Assembly: GCA_963804375.1 (NCBI GenBank)
Contig: CAWDQE010000019.1
Location: forward strand, 481,712-545,711
Length of the DNA: 64,000 nt
From: an uncultured Planctomycetia bacterium
GTDB taxonomy: Bacteria; Planctomycetota; Planctomycetia; Pirellulales; Thermoguttaceae
Reading direction: 5' to 3'
The notes under the pieces were generated by a model. That model saw only the letters and a list, made by a program, of their open reading frames with translations. It was not told the origin of the DNA and did no database searches. Within the stretch, counting starts at the first letter, position 1. Each line of letters begins with the position of its first letter. Below, in pieces: positions 59,002 to 64,000 of the stretch. The translations under genes and the position numbers were made by a program.

Positions 59002-62000
59002 TTAAGGCGATGAAGCCTCGATCGGCACATCACAGAAAGTCAGCGCGGCAATGCCGTTGGCGCCGATCAGCAGCTTATCCTGACTCCAGTTCATTTCTTT
59101 AAGATAGGTGATCTTGCTCGCGGCCGAGGTCTCCTTCAACTTCAGCGTGACCACGTTCCCGGAAACTGCGCCGGTAACACCTTTCTCGGCGAACCCATCC
59201 AGATAGAACTGGTCGGTCAGCGAATCCTGCCAGACTACCGGCTGGTCGAACTCCAGGGCAATCGACAGCTTCGTGCGGCTGGTATAGTACGCCCGCTTGA
59301 GATTCGGCGCCGTGATGGACGTGGCGGGCACCTTTCCATAGATGTCCCGCTCGATCAGGGGTTGCATCAATCGCGCAAACTCGGCCCAGCCGGTGAGCGG
59401 ATAGTGACAGCTTCCGCCCGGTTTGATCCCCAGCGTCGGCATGACGTCCAGGTTCGAGTAAAGACGCGGCAGGGTCCGTTGCACCTCGCGCAACATGTCG
59501 CCATGCCCACTCCCCTGACCGCAGGCGTTGGGCCAGATCTGGAAAACATAGTAGTGCTGGAGATTGGGAAAATCGTGCTTCCATGCCGCCTGCATTTCGA
59601 GGAAATACTGCTGGTACGTGTCGGAGCCGTAACCGTCGGTGGGACCGTCCGAACCCTGATCGGCCTCGCCTTGGTGCCAGAGCACGGCGCGAATGCCGTG
59701 CGTCATTTTCGCCTGCCGCACCCGCCAGAGCATGCGGCCGTACATGGACTTCAAATCGCCGTGGTTCGCCGGCGAGGGCGAGTGTTCATCGATGCGGGTG
59801 CCGCCGACGGCCGCGTTGATGATGCAGATCGGGATCTTCTCGCTGGCCACGAGCCGTTTGGCAAGCTCCATGCCCCAGTAGCCGAGTTCCGCCTTTTCGC
59901 CCCTTTCCGCCTTCCAGACCGGGTTGCACCAGAGGTTGGGCCAAGGGTGCGCAGGGTCGTTGGGCTTGCCGAAGCGGTCGCGGACCCAATCGGTCGCGTC
60001 CCCCCGACCGGTCGGACCGCCATAACTGCGGATCCAATTGCTGGTGTCCAGTGGAGCCCGCTCGCCGGTATCGGTCGCCAGGGCGTTCGATTGCCCGTCG
60101 ATGAGATAGGCGTCACCGCAGACCAGGTTGCCCGCGGTGTGCAGCACCGTCTCCTGCCCGCCCGTCTTCGTCCCGAACTCCAGCCGGTATTTGATCAGCC
60201 CCGCTTTGAGCTTGACCGTGAAGGCATAGGACTTGTCGGCCGCCAGCGGCCGGGTGTCGGTTTTGAAGGGCTTGTCGTCCGCGTAGACTTTCAAGAACAC
60301 GGCGTCGGCGGGCTGGTCCAGCGTCCCGTTGTAATAGAGCGTGCCCTCGTTCTTGTCGTCGCGGGCGTAAAACTGGTTGTCCTCGGGCTTCTCGTCCTTT
60401 TCCGGAGTGCGCGGCACCCATGCATCTTTAACAGGCTCATGCACGGCGATCTGGACCGAGCGTGTGACGGGCTTGCCGCCGTTGCTCACGGCCACGGTCA
60501 CGATCAGCTTCCCGCTGTTCCGCGCGCGTTGGAGGACCAGTTTGCCGGGCTGGACCTCCTTGACCTCTACCATGGCCGGAACGGTCCAGTCATACTTCAG
60601 GTCGCCTGCATGCTTGGCCTGCATCGCCCGCAAATTGGCGATCTGCGGCACGACCTCGATCGTCTCACGGCCATCCCACGTGGCCGGCGCTTGTAAGGTA
60701 AAAACCGGGTCGGGAATGTCTTCCCGGATGGTTACGGGGATGTCGAGGGTCTTCACGCCGCCGGCATAGACGGCCTTGAACTGGAGGGTGAACGATTGGT
60801 CTCCCGTCACCCGGCCGGCATCGAGCGTGAAATGGAACCGGTCCACATCGGTAATCGTCTCCGCGCCGCCGCGTTTGATGATCCAATAGACTTTCTCCGC
60901 ACCGCCGGCCCGCGCCGTCACCGTGGCATGCTTGCCCTCCACGATCGTGATATTCCTCGTGGAGACCGAGAATTCGCCGCCGGGTTGAACCAACGGTCCG
61001 ACCAGGGTTTGCAGGGGTTTTTGGTTTTCGTATTGCAGTTTCACCCAGTCGGCGGAGCGAGCCACCTTCGAAATCCGCACCTCGTCCAAGTCGCCGACGA
61101 AACCGGCGCCGATCTGCATTCGCACCGGCGTGAGGATTTCGAGCGTGGATGACGTGGCGACGGAAACGTCGAGTCGGCCATTCACATAGACCCGTTCGCC
61201 TTGGCCGTCGTAGGTGTAGACAACTTGAGTCCACTCCGACTTCAGAAACGGGCTGGTCGCCTGTACGCTTGTCTTGCCGTTATTGATAATAATGTGGCCC
61301 GGCGTGCAAGACAGCCGCATATGCACCACATCCTGCTTGCCCCAGTTAAGGACGGTCGAATTCAGTTTTTCGGCTTTGATCCACGCTTCACTGGTATGCG
61401 GGCTCGATGCGAACGGGTACTTGGTGATCCTCTCGCCGCAGTTGATTCCCTTGCCGCCGGCAAAGTACCTGCCCCGGCCGATCATTCCGGACGAAGACAT
61501 GGTGTCCATATCGGTCGACTCCACCGTACCGGCATCATCCTTGACCGGATCGTTCATGTGCCAGACACTCAGATACCCGTTGGACTTATTGAAAACGGCG
61601 GAGCCGCTGGACTCGCTCTTCGCGTCGGCGTTGCCCCAGTACATCTTGATTTCCTGGCGAGCGTTGCCCTTGATCTGCGGCACGCGGACCCAGATCAGCG
61701 CCGTACCGGCCGCAGGATCCCATTGGTCGATCTGGTACGCCAGCGGCCCGCCGCCGACCACGACCATGGGTACATGGTGCCCGACATGGTGCCCGGCGGC
61801 AAAGCGGATATCTTCGCCATGGGCGCCCGCCTCGCTGAAATTGAACCAATCCTTCTCCAGCCGCACGAGCACGGGGAAGTTTTCTTCCGAGGACGTGGCC
61901 GGCAGAGTCGCGCCGTCTGGCGTTGTGAGAAGGTACAGGGAACCGGAATGTCGCCAGCGCTTGTATTTCACCGCGGCCATCTCGCTGGGCGGAAATTCCG

Positions 62001-63765
62001 CCGCCTTTCCTCCGGCTGGGGGAAGGGGAGGATACGCTGTGTCGATCCCGTACTTGGTCGCCAGGTAACCGCCGACTAACGCTTCCTCCGCCGGCGACAA
62101 TATCGAACGGTAACCGAGGATCTCGGCAACGTCAAAATCGCACGCGGCCAGTCCGTCGTTATTGCCGATCGCGTAACTTGCCTCACTCGGATTGTGATCG
62201 TTCACGATGATCTTGAGAACCATGAAACCGGTCAGCGGCGAGCAGTCGAAGGCGGGGCCCGGCAGCACGCTCCCATTCCTGGAAACCGCCGCCGGAAACT
62301 GGTCCTGCCAGAACCCGGTGTCATTGCCCCACGTATTGTAACTCGAGCCGCGGCCCTTGAGCCGGCCGAGCAGACCGCCGGGGCCGCTCCATTGAGGACC
62401 GGGGGAACGCACCACGATGTAGTGCTCTTTCGCGAAGAACGTTCCGGCCAAGGCAAGCCAGCCCTTTCGGAACTGGACCGCGGGTCTCGAATTGACCTGG
62501 TTCAACGCCCGGACCGGGGCGCCGCCGCCGGGCGCTGCGTGATGGGCATTGCCCGATAGGTCGTTCCACGCCTGTACCGTGCCCTTGGCGTCTGCCGTGA
62601 CGCCGACCCCCGCATCGTACCAACAGGCCAGACCCTTGGTCACGGGAAGCTTCGGCGAGGGCGAACCGGTCGCGGCCCCGCCAACCCAGAATCTCAGCGA
62701 CTTGTCGGCCCAGAGGCTGTCCACCGCGTTGACGCCGCGGAAGGTGTAGTAATAGCTCTCGCCCGGGGTCAAGCCGGTGAGCGTATGCCTGATCTTTGCC
62801 GAGACAGCATTCGTCCAGGCGCCGACACGCGCCGAGTTTTCCCACAGACCGGCGTCCGTTCCGCCGTCAATGGTTCCCCAGTAGACGCGGACATCATAGA
62901 CCGATCCCGGGCAGACCAGCGTCGCGCCGAGCGTGGCCGAAGTGGGGGCCGTAACCGCGGCCGGTGCGTTGGCCAGTGTGCATGCCGATCTCATGCCGGC
63001 ATTCGCGGGGTAGGCCGTGGCGATGCCGTACTTGGCCGCAAGATAGCCGCCCACCCGCGCTTCATCGGCCGGCGACAGCGCGGTTTGGAAGCCGAGGATC
63101 TCGGCGACGTCCAAGTCGCATGAGGCCCCATCCGCCATCCCGATCTGGTACGTGTTCTTGCTCATGTCCCCGTCATTGACGTCGATTTTCAGGATCATGT
63201 ACTCGGTGATGGGCCCGAGGTCAAACGGCTGCTCGGGGAGCTTCTTGCCGTTCTTCGACACCGCTTTCGGGTATTGGTCGCCCCAGAATCGCGTGGAATC
63301 CCGGCTCAGGCGGTAGCTCGACGCCCGTTTCCATCGGCGGCCGAGGACACAGCCGTCGGCGTTCCACTTGGCATGCGGCGAACGTATGACGATAAATTGC
63401 TGCTCCACGAAGAACGGGCCGTCAACGTTGAATCCGCAGGGGCCGGAAGCGGTCCGGAACTGGACTGCTGGTTTCGAATTGATCTGGTTCTGCCCAAGCA
63501 GCGGCGTGCCGGCAGCAAGCGTTCCGTAATGATCATTGCCCGACAAGTCTTTCCAGCTCTGCACCACCCCTTTGGCATCCGTGGTGACGCCGACCGCCGC
63601 ATCGTACCAGCAGACCAAACCGGCCTTCACCGGCAGTTCGGCCGCGCCAGGCGCGACGATTGTAGCCCCGGCCCGGTTGTTAATATCGGGAGCGGCCTGG
63701 CCTGCCGCCAGACCGGCGAGATCAACGACCAGTGCCACAAGAAAAGTCGATGCAAAACGTTTCAT
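59002..63765 (-). CDS. Giant (~1590 aa) secreted protein: two LamG-like modules with an FN3-like domain between them, DUF2341, LamG, Ig repeats, sialate O-acetylesterase (SASA/SGNH-like) and beta-sandwich; paralog of 42033-46513
   Basis: Uninterrupted ORF 59002-63798. The likely start is MKRFASTFLVALVVDLAGLAAGQA (63765). Two ~200-aa modules begin (A/K)GL(V/A)CWYDA.VGVT.DAKG.VQ.W.DLSGN. DUF2341-like: PVLVRLEKDWFNFSEAGAHGEDIRF...IWVRVPQIKGNARQEIKMYWG. Esterase: CGDAYLIDGQSNALA...INAAVGGTRI...GIRAVLWHQGEADQGS. Confidence 0.85.
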   Translation of the reverse strand: MKRFASTFLVALVVDLAGLAAGQAAPDINNRAGATIVAPGAAELPVKAGLVCWYDAAVGVTTDAKGVVQSWKDLSGNDHYGTLAAGTPLLGQNQINSKPAVQFRTASGPCGFNVDGPFFVEQQFIVIRSPHAKWNADGCVLGRRWKRASSYRLSRDSTRFWGDQYPKAVSKNGKKLPEQPFDLGPITEYMILKIDVNDGDMSKNTYQIGMADGASCDLDVAEILGFQTALSPADEARVGGYLAAKYGIATAYPANAGMRSACTLANAPAAVTAPTSATLGATLVCPGSVYDVRVYWGTIDGGTDAGLWENSARVGAWTNAVSAKIRHTLTGLTPGESYYYTFRGVNAVDSLWADKSLRFWVGGAATGSPSPKLPVTKGLACWYDAGVGVTADAKGTVQAWNDLSGNAHHAAPGGGAPVRALNQVNSRPAVQFRKGWLALAGTFFAKEHYIVVRSPGPQWSGPGGLLGRLKGRGSSYNTWGNDTGFWQDQFPAAVSRNGSVLPGPAFDCSPLTGFMVLKIIVNDHNPSEASYAIGNNDGLAACDFDVAEILGYRSILSPAEEALVGGYLATKYGIDTAYPPLPPAGGKAAEFPPSEMAAVKYKRWRHSGSLYLLTTPDGATLPATSSEENFPVLVRLEKDWFNFSEAGAHGEDIRFAAGHHVGHHVPMVVVGGGPLAYQIDQWDPAAGTALIWVRVPQIKGNARQEIKMYWGNADAKSESSGSAVFNKSNGYLSVWHMNDPVKDDAGTVESTDMDTMSSSGMIGRGRYFAGGKGINCGERITKYPFASSPHTSEAWIKAEKLNSTVLNWGKQDVVHMRLSCTPGHIIINNGKTSVQATSPFLKSEWTQVVYTYDGQGERVYVNGRLDVSVATSSTLEILTPVRMQIGAGFVGDLDEVRISKVARSADWVKLQYENQKPLQTLVGPLVQPGGEFSVSTRNITIVEGKHATVTARAGGAEKVYWIIKRGGAETITDVDRFHFTLDAGRVTGDQSFTLQFKAVYAGGVKTLDIPVTIREDIPDPVFTLQAPATWDGRETIEVVPQIANLRAMQAKHAGDLKYDWTVPAMVEVKEVQPGKLVLQRARNSGKLIVTVAVSNGGKPVTRSVQIAVHEPVKDAWVPRTPEKDEKPEDNQFYARDDKNEGTLYYNGTLDQPADAVFLKVYADDKPFKTDTRPLAADKSYAFTVKLKAGLIKYRLEFGTKTGGQETVLHTAGNLVCGDAYLIDGQSNALATDTGERAPLDTSNWIRSYGGPTGRGDATDWVRDRFGKPNDPAHPWPNLWCNPVWKAERGEKAELGYWGMELAKRLVASEKIPICIINAAVGGTRIDEHSPSPANHGDLKSMYGRMLWRVRQAKMTHGIRAVLWHQGEADQGSDGPTDGYGSDTYQQYFLEMQAAWKHDFPNLQHYYVFQIWPNACGQGSGHGDMLREVQRTLPRLYSNLDVMPTLGIKPGGSCHYPLTGWAEFARLMQPLIERDIYGKVPATSITAPNLKRAYYTSRTKLSIALEFDQPVVWQDSLTDQFYLDGFAEKGVTGAVSGNVVTLKLKETSAASKITYLKEMNWSQDKLLIGANGIAALTFCDVPIEASSP

Positions 63766-63833
63766 GCTGCTTTTCCCGCTCATGGAATTCAAAACCAATT
63801 TCAGCGAACGCCCCGATCGCCCTGACCGGTCTC

Positions 63834-64000
63834 CTACTTGGAGACGGCCTTGACGTCGATGATGCCGACGTCGACATACTGCCCGCCCGTCGTCTGGTGG
63901 CAGTGGACAGCCAAGACGTTCTTGCCGGGCTTCAGGGCCGCACGGCCTTCGGGCAGCATGGGCATCTCTTCGTACTCGGTGATGAATCCGCCGGCCTTGC
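63834..64000 (-). CDS. C-terminal end of a protein continuing beyond the window (galactose-binding-domain-like tail)
   Basis: The reverse strand reads ..AGGFITEYEEMPMLPEGRAALKPGKNVLAVHCHQTTGGQYVDVGIIDVKAVSK, then stops (TAG = 63836-63834). The 'LKPGKNVLAVH..' strand pattern recalls sugar-binding jelly-roll domains. This is only a partial gene. Confidence 0.45.
   Translation of the reverse strand, partial: KAGGFITEYEEMPMLPEGRAALKPGKNVLAVHCHQTTGGQYVDVGIIDVKAVSK

Noticed and set aside
1-64000. Search for CRISPR arrays, tRNA/rRNA genes and recognisable defence, toxin-antitoxin or secretion-system operons
   Set aside because: I saw no regularly spaced direct repeats, no tRNA-like cloverleaf candidates in the intergenic regions I inspected, and no nuclease, methylase, ATPase or Cas-like motifs in any supported ORF. 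A covariance-model or HMM scan (tRNAscan-SE, Infernal, DefenseFinder/PADLOC) is needed to be sure.

Overview
This is a high-GC segment of planctomycete type. The markers are two DUF1559 'H-X9-DG' pseudopilin-like genes, a DUF1549 remnant, an ECF sigma/Ser-Thr kinase pair and many Sec/Tat-exported enzymes. Most of the window is a carbohydrate-degradation island. It holds GH29 fucosidase modules, a DUF5703/GH95-like enzyme, GH172 (DUF2961), clan GH-A TIM-barrel hydrolases, a heparinase II/III-like protein, an (alpha/alpha)6-LamG protein and pectin-lyase-fold beta-helix proteins. It also holds two giant paralogous DUF2341-LamG-Ig-sialate-O-acetylesterase proteins, one of them fused to GH29. Mobile and repeated DNA is superimposed on this island: one intact IS4-family IS, remnants resembling IS91- and IS66-type genes, and at least four kinds of small TIR-bounded non-autonomous elements, one nested inside another. 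A 1.1-1.45 kb direct segmental duplication brackets a two-gene cassette of unknown function, and several gene fragments are decayed. At least 11 long genes are each split by an apparent 1-nt frameshift, about one per 5 kb. I suspect assembly indel error rather than biology, but this needs read-level checking. I recognised no rRNA, tRNA or CRISPR array, and no known defence or secretion system. The most novel-looking items are the unknown cassette, the MITE families and the esterase-fucosidase fusion. All family calls come from motif recognition by eye, with no searches run.
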